Shown piece by piece: positions 50,891 through 64,000 of a DNA stretch of 64,000 nt. The DNA is from Octopus sinensis. Lineage: Eukaryota. Numbering within the stretch: position 1 is the stretch's first letter; every line of letters starts with the position of its first letter. The notes under the pieces are model-generated. The model was not told the origin of the DNA. It was given only the letters and a program-made list of their open reading frames with translations, and searched no databases. A program made the position numbers and the translations under genes. Where the stretch lies: assembly GCF_006345805.1 (NCBI RefSeq), contig NC_043002.1:111786001-111850000 (forward strand), given 5' to 3'.

Positions 50891-51176
50891 GTGATAGCAT
50901 TTTGTCAACTTAATGTGAGAGTCCCATGAAAGGGAAGAATGCTACTGTTATTTAGCCCTAGGAAACACCGTTTCCTGTTGGATGATAAGCAATGACTCTA
51001 AAACTAGTTTCTGAATGCTAGCTTTGCTAGTTGGAGGTGCTTGTCTCCATTTTGAAAACATAAGGACACAGGAAATGTGTCAAGTCCAACAGGAAACGGT
51101 GTTTCCTAGGGCTAAATAGCAGTAGCATTCTTCCCTTTCACGGGACTGTCACATTATGTTGACAACATACTATCAC
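50891..51176. mobile_element. MITE-like element with 92-bp inverted arms
   Basis: Arms 50891-50982 and 51085-51176 with 6 mismatches. Confidence 0.75.
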
Positions 51177-51845
51177 ATCAAAATTAGATTTCGAGAATTA
51201 TTTTTTTCTCAAAGTGCTCAACAAAAGTACACATATATTATGAATTATTGGGGCTATGATATTTAGTCTATATTGGAAAAAAATAAACGATTATTGTCAG
51301 CTTCTAATATACGGTTGTATCTCTCATCAGGTGGTATAGATATGACAGAACACCATACATCCAACAGTATATGTTGTTTCCTGGTCTATGTTTTGCTTCC
51401 TAGTCTATCTAATTTTTTTTCCTGGTCTATGTTTTGGCTTTTTATTAGAAACCTTTCGTTAATTGACGAAGATGTATTTCCTCGTCTGCTGTGACTACTT
51501 CAGTTGTGAATTTTCATGTCTACATTGAAATTTGTATAGTACTAAGGTTGCTAGAAGTACGACTTGTGGTTTACAGATTTGTGGTTTCATGTTGAGATTT
51601 TTGGTTTAATGTTGCTTAATTTTGGTTGTTTTATAATATTTTCATTTATGACTTGATGTGCAGCATGTGTCCTGTCTTCGCGGATTTTTAATGATATATT
51701 TATTAAATGTGCGGCTCATGTATTATTACTAATCGTTCTGTCTTAGATGTGGATGTGAATTTGTTCTTGTGTTGTTCGAGTAACTGCCTTAGTATTAATG
51801 TTTGCTTTAACTCTTAGTATTTCCTTATATACATGTGTGTGTGTG

Positions 51846-51897
<52 letters not shown>

Positions 51898-52018
51898 TGT
51901 GTGTGTGTATGTGTGTGTGTATGTATGTGTGTGTGTGTATGTGTGTGTGTGCGCGCGCGCCTGTACTTTATTTGTGAATTAACAACACTGCCAATAGTTT
52001 CATGTAGAAATGTTTATA

Positions 52019-52438
52019 TTACTCTTTACTCTTTACTCTTTTACTTGTTTCAGTCATTTGACTGCGGCCATGCTGGAGCACCGCCTTTAGTCGAGCAACT
52101 CGACCCCGGGACTTATTCTTTGTAAGCCCAGTACTTATTCTATCGGTCTCTTTTTGCCGAACCGCTAAGTGACGGGGACGTAAACATACCAGCATCGGTT
52201 GTCAAGCAATGCTAGGGGGACAAACACAGACACACAAACACACACACATACACACACATATATATACACATATACGACAGGCTTCTTTCAGTTTCCATCT
52301 ACCAAATCCACTCACAAGGCTTTGGTCGGCCCGGGGCTATAGCAGAAGACACTTGCCCAAGATGCCACGCAGTGGGACTGAACCCAGAACCATGTGGTTG
52401 GTTAGCAAGCTATTTACCACACAGCCACTCCTGCGCCT
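52019..52438 (-). mobile_element. SINE family C
   Basis: Full length. Confidence 0.92.
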
Positions 52439-52800
52439 ATGTATCAATATGTATCTAATATGTATATTTCTGCTATATATTTTATGCAAGGAAATATTCG
52501 AGCAGGGATCGGCGAATAGGGGTAAATTACCCCAGGTGGGATAACAATGAAATTCTTGGGGGTAATGAGGACTCATTAGACATAAGTAAAATTATATTGA
52601 AAATGTGTTCCTTGTTATGACAGAATTTTTTCTTTTGGCATGAGGAAGCAGTCTACCTTTTGCAACAACCTGTCTTTGTAAACGAGGATTTTTCCGCTCA
52701 AATGAACATAAAAACGAAACAGAGTAATCGATTGGACTCAGAAGACTATATCCACATTTCTCTGGCATCAAAATGCCCCAATTTTGATGTAATTGTAACA

Positions 52801-52965
52801 GGAGTGGCTGTGTGGTAAGTAGCTTGCTAAACAACCACATGGTTCTGGATTCAGTCCCACTGCGTGGCATCTTGGGCAAGTGTCTTCTGCTATAGCCCCG
52901 GGCCGACCAATGCCTTGTGAGTGGATTTGGTAGACGGAAACTGAAAGAAGCCTGTCGTATATATG

Positions 52966-52996
<31 letters not shown>

Positions 52997-53209
52997 TTGT
53001 ATGTCTGTGTTTGTCCCCCTAGCATTGCTTGACAACCGATGCTGGTGTGTTTACGTCCCCGTCACTTAGCGGTTCGGCAAAAGAGACCGATAGAATAAGT
53101 ACTGGGCTTACAAAGAATAAGTCCCGGGGGTCGATTTGCTCGACTAAAAGGCGGTGCTCCAGCATGGCCGCAGTCAAATGACTGAAACAAGTAAAAGAGT
53201 AAAAGAGTA
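52801..53209 (+). mobile_element. SINE family C
   Basis: Full length; head-to-head with the previous copy. Confidence 0.92.
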
Positions 53210-53210
53210 T

Positions 53211-53241
<31 letters not shown>

Positions 53242-53853
53242 TATGCATAATGATTTCTACCATTGGTAGATGGGCAAATTAATTCAAATTTATTCGATTT
53301 TAGTACAGGACTGGTTCATAATGGTATATGTTATTAGAGAGTAAGTGAAATGAAATGAACACAGCTGGAAATTTATATCTTTATTCTTAAATTCATATAC
53401 ACAGATGCACACGCCCTTCCAAATACATACAGATACATACGTGTGTGTGTGTGTTGGAAAGAACAACTCAATACTAGCGATTTCCAACGAGACAATTTTC
53501 TCAGTGCTGGCATTTGGACTATGGTCAGTAGAACTAAATCGGATTAAACTACTACAGAGCCAACGATGTGAGCCTCCAAGTGGTCTTTTGACATGTTAAT
53601 AATAGTAGTAAAGCTTCCTTCAAGTTCCACTATACCATCTAAAAATTAACAGATTGACATGTTAGATAATGTACCTCCGGGGCACCGTATGCCTATAAAG
53701 GAGAGGAGAGATGATCATGCCTGAAATGCTAAATCGAAACCGATATGATGCTGAATAGCAACAACTCTCTAAATCGTGCGATTAATTTCCATTGCACATA
53801 ACCAATTTGCAAGTCATGCATTGGGAACTTTCAGTTCTACCTTGTTCTGATGA

Positions 53854-54237
53854 TGGAAGCACTCCGTCGGTTACGACGACGAGGGTTCCGGTTGATCCGA
53901 ATCAACGGATCAGCCTGCTCGTGAAATTAACGTGTAAGTGGCTGAGCACTCCACAGACACGTGTACCCTTAACGTAGTTCTCGGGGATATTCAGCGTGAC
54001 ACAGAGAGTGACAAGGCCGGCCCTTTAAAATACAGGTACAACAGAAACAGGAAGTAAGAGTGAGAGAAAGTTGTGGTAAAAGAATACAGCAGGGATCACC
54101 ACCATTCCCTGCCAGAGCCTCGTGGAACTTTTAGGGGTTTTTGCTCAATAAACACTCACAACGCCTGGTCTGGGAATCGAAACCGCGATCCTACGACCGC
54201 GAGTCCGCTGCCCTAACCACTGGGCCATTGCGCTTCC
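53854..54237 (-). mobile_element. SINE family A flanked by a duplication of about 61 bp
   Basis: 53789-53849 is repeated at 54240-54303. Confidence 0.93.
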
Positions 54238-54968
54238 ACCCATTGCACATAACCAATTTGCAAATCATGCATTGGGAACTTCTTTCAGTTCTACCTCGTT
54301 CTGTTACGCAAGGTGAAGAGACAAACCCAACACGAATTCACTTCCGCTTTTAGACAGATGACATTTCACAAAGCAAAATAAATAAATAGATTGAAGGATA
54401 TTAAGAAAACAACGAAAATTATAAATGATGAAAATAAATTTCAGTACCAAATTGAAAATGATTATTTGAAGAATCTGTATCATTCATATTGAAAATCGAT
54501 ATTCTACAGTGATTATACAAAGATACAGTGAGTAAATATGACTAAGTGGGTCAGAAAGGCGCCACCATTGGTGGTGAGGAAGCGTGAATAGTCTGAAAAC
54601 CCACAAAAAGTTGCTAAGCGATCAATCTAACACAAAATACACTAAAATATCAGCTGTCAAAACATTAGGAAGCAGTGTTGTTGCATTTCATAGAGTGGTT
54701 GTGAGAGTTCTTTAAAATGATCGTTTATTCAGTAAAACTATTAACACTGTTGTTATCAATTCCCCACGATACTCGATACCGACTCATGTAGATCCAGACT
54801 TTGGATCCCTAACTCTGAAACGGGTAGGATACACACGGGTTAAAACGCCAGCTCTATGCAGCCATGAAAATGCGCCCATCGACATAAATAGGAAAACATC
54901 TCGTATTCCTAGATTATCCTGCAAAAGACAGAGAGGGTATGTTTTCGTGTTCGTGATCATAGCCTACT

Positions 54969-55347
54969 GGAGGCGCAATGGCCCAGTGGTTAGGGCAGCG
55001 GACTCGCGGTCGTAGGATCGCGGTTTCGATTCCCAGACCGGGCGTTGTGAGTGTTTATTGAGCGAAAACACCTAAAGCTTCACGAGGCTCCGGCAGGGAT
55101 GGTGGTGATCCCTGCTGTACTCTTTCACCACAACTTTCTCTCACTCTTACTTCCTGTTTCTGTTGTACCTGTATTTCAAAGGGCCGGCCTTGTCACTCTC
55201 TGTGTCACGCTGAATATCCCCGAGAACTACGTTAAGGGTGCACGTGTCTGTGGAGTGCTCAGCCACTTACACGTTAATTTCACGAGCAGGCTTTTCCGTT
55301 GATCGGATCAACCGGAACCCTCGTCGTCGTAACCGACGGAGTGCTTC
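54969..55347 (+). mobile_element. SINE family A
   Basis: Direct repeat TCATAGCCTACTGGA (54957-54971 / 55354-55368). Confidence 0.95.
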
Positions 55348-55799
55348 TTCTCTTCATAGCCTACTGGATGAGCATTGGCCTAGGGCTAAACAAAAATGAC
55401 AAGTTTAAACAACAACTTAGTGAGTCAGAAGATTTGCTTATCATTCATCTTTAAAATTTGTATTTATTTGTGGTTCGTGGCGTTATTTTACGAATTCTGT
55501 TTCTGTTCAGCATATCAAATTGCTGTGCTTACAGACGTGGCTACATCTGAAAATGTTTGACTGAGCTTAAATACCGCTTTAACATTAGAGAAAGGAGACA
55601 ATAAAATAAAGTTTAATAAAATAAATAGGAAAAGAACTACAAACATCAAAATAAATAAGCATAAAATAGTTTATTTCTTTTCTTTTTTTTATGATGTTTA
55701 AAGTTTCTAGGCCAACTTTAGCAGCGTTTCCAGTGTCGAAAGAAATTTTACAGATGACAGCATTTAAACATTTCTGATATTACTGTCTAGAAGACTAAG

Positions 55800-55802
55800 T
55801 AT

Positions 55803-55834
<32 letters not shown>

Positions 55835-55859
55835 ATATATTATATATATATATTATATA

Positions 55860-55898
<39 letters not shown>

Positions 55899-55925
55899 TA
55901 TATATATATATAATATATATATATA

Positions 55926-55968
<43 letters not shown>

Positions 55969-56110
55969 GTATATATATATATATACATATATATATACAT
56001 ATCTACATATACATATACATACATACATACATACATACATACTACATACATACATACTACATACATACATACATATATATACATACAAACATATATATAC
56101 ATACATACTT
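55800..56110. repeat. (TA)n/(CATA)n array
   Basis: Tandem units; a second (TA)n array lies at 56418-56602. Confidence 0.95.
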
Positions 56111-56435
56111 CTGTATGTATTTTTAACTACGCAAGTATGTGTGTGTGTGTGTGAGTGTGTGTGTGTATCTACATACACACATACTTACAAGTATATATCT
56201 TATATCTTTTACTTGTTTCAGTCAAGGTTGTCTCCCATGCTGGGGCACAGCCTTGACGGTGTAGCCGAGCAAATCGCCCTCAATACTTACTTAAGCTTGG
56301 AACTTATACATTGTCTTTAGCAGAATGGCTAATTTAGGGAAACGTAAACAGACCAATACTGATTATGAAGCTTTATGGTTATATAGCCTTGTGAGTAGAT
56401 TTGGTAGACGGCAACTATATATATATATATATATG

Positions 56436-57055
<620 letters not shown>

Positions 57056-57290
57056 CATGTATGTATTTGTGTGTCTGTGTTTGTCTCCCCATTATCGCTT
57101 GAAAACCGATGTCGGTGTGTTTACGTCCCCGTAAACCAGCGGTTCGGCAAAGAGACCGATAGAATTTTGTACTAGGTTTACAAAGAATAAGTCCTGGGGT
57201 CGATTTGCACGAATAAAGGTGGAGTGACAGCATGGCCACAGTTAAATGACTGAAACAAGTAAAAGAATAAAAGAATATATATATATATGT

Positions 57291-57318
57291 ACTAACAGAG
57301 ATACCCGGCGTTGTCCAG
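57291..57318 (-). mobile_element. Helitron-like 3' terminus
   Basis: Minus strand reads CTGGACAACGCCGGG-TATCTCTG-TTAG|T, a variant of the Helitron end at 44691-44719; 5' end not identified. Confidence 0.4.
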
Positions 57319-57799
57319 TTACATTCAATTGAAAAATTTGACTTTTCTGTTATATTTTCTCCAATGAACTGGAATATATATGCACAAAGACATATAATTT
57401 AATTTAATTAGAACAGATGGACACATTCTCGTACTACATGTGAGCCTTTTTAGAATTTTATTTTCCCTGACTATATGAAAAAAAACAGGGAGTGGAAGTG
57501 TTTTTGAGTGGTTGGAGGAGGAGGAGATACAATGCATGATAAGATAAGGCTACTGATGGATCTATAGGTAGAGGATAAGAGAGGGATGGTGTTTTATTTT
57601 TCAGAAAATGTTTTAATTCATGTGGAGGCTGTTTCTTAACTCTATCCAGAATCGTAATGCAAAAGTTCTGAGTAAAACTTATATTTGCAAGAGATGATAG
57701 CATCGGAGAAGTTATTCAATATCGAGGAGTTGTATAGACGGAGAATAATTAATGACGTATTAAAGCATAGCTTGCATTTTACTATCTTTCTATTATAAA

Positions 57800-58473
57800 G
57801 GGGAACTTCGGTCGGTGGTCGGGAATAAGGTAAAAGATGACTCGTCCGAGAAAATAACATTCTTCCACTGCTCTAGGGACCAATTCTGTAGGTTTTTACT
57901 CCACTCTAAACGCTTTGCAACGTTTGTTTTTGATTGCAGCCCTCCCCTGAAATCTGGCTTTGTGTAGCTCCCGGCGAAAAATTTTTGTGCAAACCGGGTT
58001 CTCGAGGTCATTAAGCTCAGCAGTAATTTTGGGAGCTGTACTTTTGTGACCCTTTCTAACAATTCGCGTAAGAGTTCAACAGTCCCTATCTGAAAGTTTT
58101 GGTTTTCTTCCGGAGTTTTGTGTCGACGGGGATGTTTTTTCCCTCTTTCTCAAAGGCTGTTATTACTTTCGGGACAGTACTTCTTGATACACCAAACATT
58201 TCGGCTGTTTTTTATTACGCTAGCGCCTGCAGTACGAGCACCAGCAATTTGACCTCTTTGAAAGTCCGATAGATCTGTCATTTTAATGAATTTTAATTAC
58301 CTTTTTCTGATGATATCTGAAAAGAAACAGCAATGTTAGCAAAACATATTAAGCAACATTAATAATAAATAATAAAAAAACATAAAAATTAACAAGCTTT
58401 TGACGGTTTTATAGATATTTCAAAATTCTGATAGTATGATCCTAGGTGTTTCTTTTATTTTGTTCAACCCCTG
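57800..58473 (-). pseudogene. Tc1-like transposon, 5' portion
   Basis: TA|CAGGGGTTGAACAAAATAAAAGAAACACC TIR; GQIAGARTAGAS, KITAELND and KRLEWSKNLQNWSLEQWKNVIFSDES; truncated after the first catalytic Asp. Confidence 0.82.
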
Positions 58474-58889
58474 TATATATACATACATACAATGGACTTC
58501 TTTCCGTTTCCATCAACCAAATCCACTCACACGGCTTAGATCGACCCGAGGCAACAGTTGAAGACACTGAACCCGGAAACACGTGGTTGGGAAGCAAGCT
58601 TTTTACCACACCTGCATCTATACACATACTTGTGTATAACGAAATCATAAATAACATGTGTTTTGCGGAACACTAAAGCATCGTTGGAGATTTTCTATTG
58701 TGAGATTATAAATACAAACATCCACACCACGCCTAGATATACCTTGAGATGATCCGCTTCAGAACACCTGCTATAGTTATTTGAGTATTGGGTTTATTGG
58801 GTTAACTTAACAATAGATGTTCTTTCTACAAGAACTGTTTCACTTTCAACACCGAGTTTTTCTTCTTCTTTCTTCGAACTTGCAAGTTC

Positions 58890-59290
58890 TCTCTTTACTC
58901 TTTTACTCTTTTACTTGTTTCAGTCATTTGACTGCGGCCATGCTGGAGCACCGCCTTTAGTCGAGCAAATCGACCCCGGGACTTATTCTTTGTAAGCCCA
59001 GTACTTATTCTATCGGTCTCTTTTGCCGAACTGCTAAGTGACGGGGATGTAAACACACCAGCATCGGTTGTCAAGCAATGCTAGGGGGACAAACACAGAC
59101 ATACAAACACACACACACACACACATATATACGACAGGCTTCTTTCAGTTTCCGTCTACCAAATCCATTCACAAGGCTTTGGTCGGCCCGGGGCTATAGC
59201 AGAAGACACTTGTCCAAGATGCCACGCAGTGGGACTGAACCCAGAACCATGTGGTTGGTTAGCAAGCTACTTACCACACAGCCACTCCTG
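58890..59290 (-). mobile_element. SINE family C
   Basis: Near full length. Confidence 0.92.
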
Positions 59291-59912
59291 CAAGTTCCTA
59301 TACAAATTCGCAATAACTATAACGATCAACATCTGCTTTCATCTATTCCTCAGTATTATCATCATTTATCAAAGACTTGAGATCCTTGGCAACGCGACTA
59401 TGAATTAAAGAAAGTATGTTGAAACTGTAATCTACTTTACCTTTGAAACTTCTAATAAGTCACTTGCAGTGCCTTTCTATGATACAAACAGATTCTAAAA
59501 ATTAAACCTAGCCACAATTTATGTCATCCATTTTTACAATATCGATACTTCTATTGACGTCTAAGTATTGGTACGCACGTAGTAGACTTTGTCTCATGCT
59601 TGAAATACTCCTGAATTACTCCTTCAAAAACTCCTGAATCGGTCGATACTTTAAGCTACTTGAAACGATGAAGACAACCGTCCTTATTATCATACTCATA
59701 ATTTGGTCTTAGTTCTGCAGGAAAATTTTTTGTTTGTTTTTCCAGCAGATACACAAGACCTCAACAAGGTCACTTACGCATAGCTTAAACCATGTTATCA
59801 GATTTTCATCAAATTCTGAACTCTTCTGGCTTACATTTTCCTTATGGCCGTCTTTTTCTTTTCTTTTCTTTGATCCACAATGTTGAAAAGTCAATGTATA
59901 TAATTCACGTTA

Positions 59913-60135
59913 AGGCGGCGAGCTGGCAGAGACGTTAGCACGCCGGGCGAAATGCATAGCCGTATTTCGTCTGCCGCTACGTTGTGAGTTCAAATTCCGC
60001 CGAGGTCGACTTTACCTTTCATCCTTTCGGGGTCGATTAAATAAGTACCAGTTACGCACTGGGGTCGATATAATCGACTTAATCCGTTTGTTTGTCCTCT
60101 CTGTGGGGTAGCTCCTTGTGGGTAGTAAAGAAATA
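59913..60135 (+). mobile_element. SINE family B
   Basis: 16-bp TSD TATATAATTCACGTTA (59897-59912 / 60136-60151). Confidence 0.93.
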
Positions 60136-60756
60136 TATATAATTCACGTTAGTTTCTCACAAACACACCGCAGTCGATTTTTTTTTCAGAAGTTCGAATT
60201 TATCTATTATTGAACAGTGTACTGTGCTTGTGCCTTTACACAAAAAGAAATACTCTCTTTACATATTGTAATCACAGCTGGAGCTAAGTATGAGCAGGTT
60301 GTATAATGAATGTTGAAAAACTAGTAGGAATAGCTTGCTCGTGTTTACGAATTTGCCTTTAAAGTTGGTGTACTGAAATGGAAATCATTTCCGTTTAACA
60401 GTGAACTAGACAACTGATTGCCAAATTAGTGATGGTCGAATACATATGCAAATGTGGACGCGTGTGTGTGTGTGTGTGTGTGTGTGTAACAATAGTTAAT
60501 CTAGAGCTAACACATTTGATGCAGAAAGCAATAAAAATAAAACTAACTATAAATAAGGAAGATACACATATATTGATCACATATGCTAATCAATACTATT
60601 CAAATTATTTCGAAGTTACCCGATGCACAATTCGCTTCCTCACCGTCTTACTTTCAACCTTCAAATCGATAACAGGCATAAAAACAATATTGAAACCTGT
60701 TTTGCTGCCTCAAAGTTCTTCCACTAATTTTATTTACTATCTTTTTTATCTTTTCT

Positions 60757-61151
60757 TTTATCTTTTACTTGTTTCAGTCATTTGACTGCGGCCATGCTGG
60801 AGTACCGCCTTTAGTCGAGCAAATCGACCCCGGGACTTATTCTTTTGTAAGCCCAGTACTTATTCTATCGGTCTCTTTTTGCCGAACCGCTAGGTGACGG
60901 GGACTTAAACACACCACCATTGGTTGTCAAGCAATGCTAGGGGGACAAACACAGACACACAAACACACACGCATACATATATATATACGACAGGCTTCTT
61001 TCAGTTTCCGTCTACCAAATCCACTCACAAGGCTTTGGTCGGCCCGAGGCTATAGCAGAAGACACTTGCCCAAGATGCCACGCAGTGGGACTGAACCCTG
61101 AACCATGTGGTTGGTTAGCAAGCTACTTACCACACAGCCACTCCTGCGCCT
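60757..61151 (-). mobile_element. SINE family C
   Basis: Full length. Confidence 0.92.
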
Positions 61152-61766
61152 ATAAATCTTAAACATATAATTATTTATCATATTAATTTATTATAATTAT
61201 ATTATAGGTATAATTGATTATTACGAATATAGTTATAATTATTATAATTTATTATAAGCATTGGCTGTGTGGTAAGTAGCTTCCTTACCTTTACTACAGG
61301 AGAGTTCTTGCTACTTGAAAGTCACGTCTTTCGCCGTGAAATATTGAACGTTGGAGCTCGACTTTGAGGGCTTAGAGGAGTTTGTTGCTCTGTATCTAAT
61401 AATTTTGGTGTGCAACAGTCTCCACTCTGGTTGTGTGAAAAGACTCACGTTGCAGTGAGAATTGGGTTTTTGAGGAGGCGTAGCCCCTCCGCAAAAATTT
61501 GTTTGTGAAAATTGTCTTTGTGTGACTGTGTTCGTGCCCTGGAAGTTCCTTGTATTTACCACAGGCAAGGAGTACGAAAGCAGCCAGGATTAATTTGTAG
61601 ATTACCAGTAGCAGAATTGTGTTGTGTTGTGCTGCCAGTTTGGACTATCTTCCTTCGCTCTTTCTTCTCTTGTCTGTCTTTCTGATCTTTTTTTAAGTTT
61701 TTATAGACTTTCATTTGGACATTTTGACTTTTGTTTGTGAATTATTATTTTGTTTTGGCTATCAAC

Positions 61767-62868
61767 ATGGCAACTGCGAAATCCGCTTTGGAGTGGCAAA
61801 TTCTGGCCCCCTAAGAATGGTTTAAAAATTACACAGAGAGAACAGTGGTATTAAGGACCTATTCCAGGGTCCTTGACACCATCAAGGTCTTCTCTGAGGA
61901 AGAAATTGAGGAGTTGGCAGACTATCTGCCAATTGTTAAATTTATCCGCAGGAGTGCGAAGTACGGAAATGTCTGCGTACTTTTTAAGACCCCTGCGGAA
62001 ACTCGTGATTTTGCGACCACGCCTTTGGAGGGTGAGAAAATTTTGTTTCTCTCTACTTATGGCGGTAGACGGTTGACAAGAGCCTGGGTGTGTAGGATGC
62101 CACCCGGTATAGAGGCCGAATGGATAGAAGACACTATCCGTCGGGGCTTGGGTGGCGGCCCTGCCAGGCTCTTAAACGTAAAAATGATGCCTGCGGTCGA
62201 TTGGGTCGGGTCAAAAGCAATTTTGACCCTATGGGCCCAATCGGCTAAAGATCTGGTTTTACCAGATTTTTTTAAAACGGCCGGTTCCAGGTACCCGGTG
62301 AGGGTTGAGGGAGCCCCCACCCAAGTGTCACCTGTACCTGGAATCGGGCCGCATAAGGAAGAACTGTCGCCGGGACCAGGCAAAGGTCCTGGAACAGTTA
62401 ATTGAAGAGGTGTCCCCTGTTCCCCCAGTGGAGGAAAAAGTTGAGGAGGAGGTAACCGCCTCGAAAACAAAGGGGAAGAAAAGAAAGAAGGGGGACAACA
62501 ATGGTTGCCCACCGATGGATTCTGAGACATCGGGGGCGAGGGAGGGTCCCCTGGAGATGTCGGAGGAACTCCACCATCCCGTCGTAAAAGGAAAAAAAAA
62601 GAAAAGAAAAAAGAAAAACGGAGCACTGCCTGTGACGGCATGTCCCGAAAACCCTTCGGTGGGATGTGTGCCACCGGAGCGGGGGAAGAAGATGACCTGG
62701 TCAGTGGGATGTGTGCCATCGAGCGAGGGACTTGAGGCCCCTTCTAGTGAAGGTGGTGAAGATTATATGTTCTGCTATCTCAGGGGAAGGGCTATTGACA
62801 GTTTTGTGGAGAACGAAGTGGATAGTCAGATCCTGAGGGAACCGAATTGTATTGACAGCCCAGAGTAG
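61767..62868 (+). pseudogene. Gag-like / LINE ORF1 nucleic-acid-binding protein (about 367 aa restored)
   Basis: ATG at 61767, premature TAA at 61812, frameshift near 62320; degenerate knuckle CHLYLESGRIRKNC (CCHC-derived), then a basic/acidic low-complexity tail. Confidence 0.7.
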
Positions 62869-63225
62869 CCTTCGCAGGTGGCTGCTCTGGTGCTGGAAAG
62901 AATGTATTGTGATCAAATAATTGACTCGTGTAAAAACGAGAATTATATAATCCTTTATTGGAATCCCAGATTTCGGTGGTAGCAATGCCTGCAAGTTGCA
63001 AGAAATTTACTTGGGGAAGAATTGTAGAGGTTTATTGGAATTTATATTGTATTTAGAATTGTAAGTCGGTCAATATCTCTGTATATGTATTTTTAAAGAA
63101 CAATGTTTTAGAGAAGCAGACGGTCGACGGGCGCTTTCTGCCTTCTCCCATCTTTATCATTTTTGGATCCTAATCATCCGCCTCATTAATGTCTATGTCC
63201 AGCCTGCAAAGCTACCTATCTTTGT

Positions 63226-63582
63226 TGGAAGCACTCCGTCGGTTACGACGACGAGGGTTCCGGTTGATCCGAATCAACGGAACAGCCTGCTCGTGAAATT
63301 AACGTGTAAGTGGCTGAGCACTCCACAGACACGTGCACCCTTAACGTAGTTCTCGGGGATATTCAGCGTGACACAGAAATACCCTTGAAATACAGGAAGT
63401 AAGAGTGAGAGAAAGTTGTGGTGAAAGAGTACAGCAGGGATCACCACCATCCCTGCCGGAGCCTCGTGGAACTTTTAGGTGTTTTTGCTCAATAAACACT
63501 CACAACGCCCGGTCTGGGAATCGAAACCGCGATCCTACGACCGCGAGTCCGCTGCCCTAACCGCTGGGCCATTGCGCCTCCT
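63226..63582 (-). mobile_element. SINE family A inserted in the 3'UTR of the ORF1-only element
   Basis: 9-bp TSD TATCTTTGT (63217-63225 / 63583-63591); small internal deletion. Confidence 0.93.
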
Positions 63583-63636
63583 TATCTTTGTACTGCCTCT
63601 ATGGCAAATGAAATGAAATAAAGTAGCTTCCTTACC

Positions 63637-64000
63637 TTACTATAGGAGAGTTCTTGCTACTTGAAAGTTACGTCCTTCGTCGTGAAATATTGAACATTTG
63701 ACGCTCGACTATAGGTAGGCATTTGTTGTATTTGGTGGGGGTGAGGGGCTTAGTGGAGTTTGTTGCTTTGTATTTAATATTTTTTGGTGAGCAACAGTCT
63801 CCACTCTGCTCCAGATATTTGCTTGCCTGTGGTCGTGTATAAAGACTCACTTTGCAGTGAGAATTGTGTTTTTGAGGAGGCGTAGCCCCTCCGCAAAAAT
63901 TTGTTTGTGAAAATTGTGTTTGTGTGACTGTGTTCATGCCCTGGAAGTTCCTTGTATTTACCACAGGCAAGGAGTACGAAGGCAGCCAGGATTAATTTTT
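63637..64000 (+). mobile_element. Second unit of the same element (5'UTR; runs off the window)
   Basis: Direct homolog of 61290-61595 with substitutions and two extra segments. Confidence 0.85.

Larger units (their letters stand above)
61290..63620 (+). mobile_element. ORF1-only (HAL1-like) Tx1-type non-LTR element, unit 1
   Basis: 5'UTR of about 480 nt, gag-like ORF1, no ORF2, 3' end TGTACTGCCTCTATGGCAAATGAAATGAAAT resembling the Tx1 tail at 23740-23768; bounded by AAGTAGCTTCCTTACC at 61274-61289 and 63621-63636. Confidence 0.65.

Noticed and set aside
59545-59894. Minus-strand frame of about 115 codons with one internal stop (…SEFDENLITWFK…)
   Set aside because: Only faint resemblance to a CENP-B-type HTH; no supporting motifs or splice signals.

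Overview
Eukaryotic, AT-rich, extremely microsatellite- and transposon-dense DNA. The SINE families and the (TACA)n/(TA)n/(ATT)n load point to an octopod cephalopod genome (inference from recognition of the repeats; not database-checked). No intact host protein-coding gene, rRNA or true tRNA can be supported, and almost all ORFs in the supplied track are translated microsatellites. The window contains: (1) four tRNA-headed SINE families, here called A, B, C and D, many copies with clean 9-16 bp TSDs; (2) non-LTR retrotransposons: a 5'-truncated CR1 copy with an uninterrupted 454-aa RT/C-terminal frame (30295-31748, -), a shorter sister copy, a decayed RTE copy, three Tx1/L1-type ORF2 fragments and a decayed Penelope-like fragment; (3) DNA transposons: Tc1, mariner and Tigger fossils, hAT elements, MITEs, an inverted pair of Helitrons and a Helentron-like end; (4) several long inverted repeats, including a 240-bp spacerless palindrome. 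Two observations stand out. First, a dispersed repeat carries a minimal type I hammerhead ribozyme fold in two copies (12692-12736 and 47781-47825) that differ by compensatory changes, and the second copy sits next to a Penelope-like RT-thumb/GIY-YIG fossil. Second, an ORF1-only Tx1-type element appears head-to-tail in tandem, each copy starting at the same 16-bp site in the tRNA-like head of SINE C (61274 onward), which suggests a SINE-targeting non-autonomous retrotransposon.
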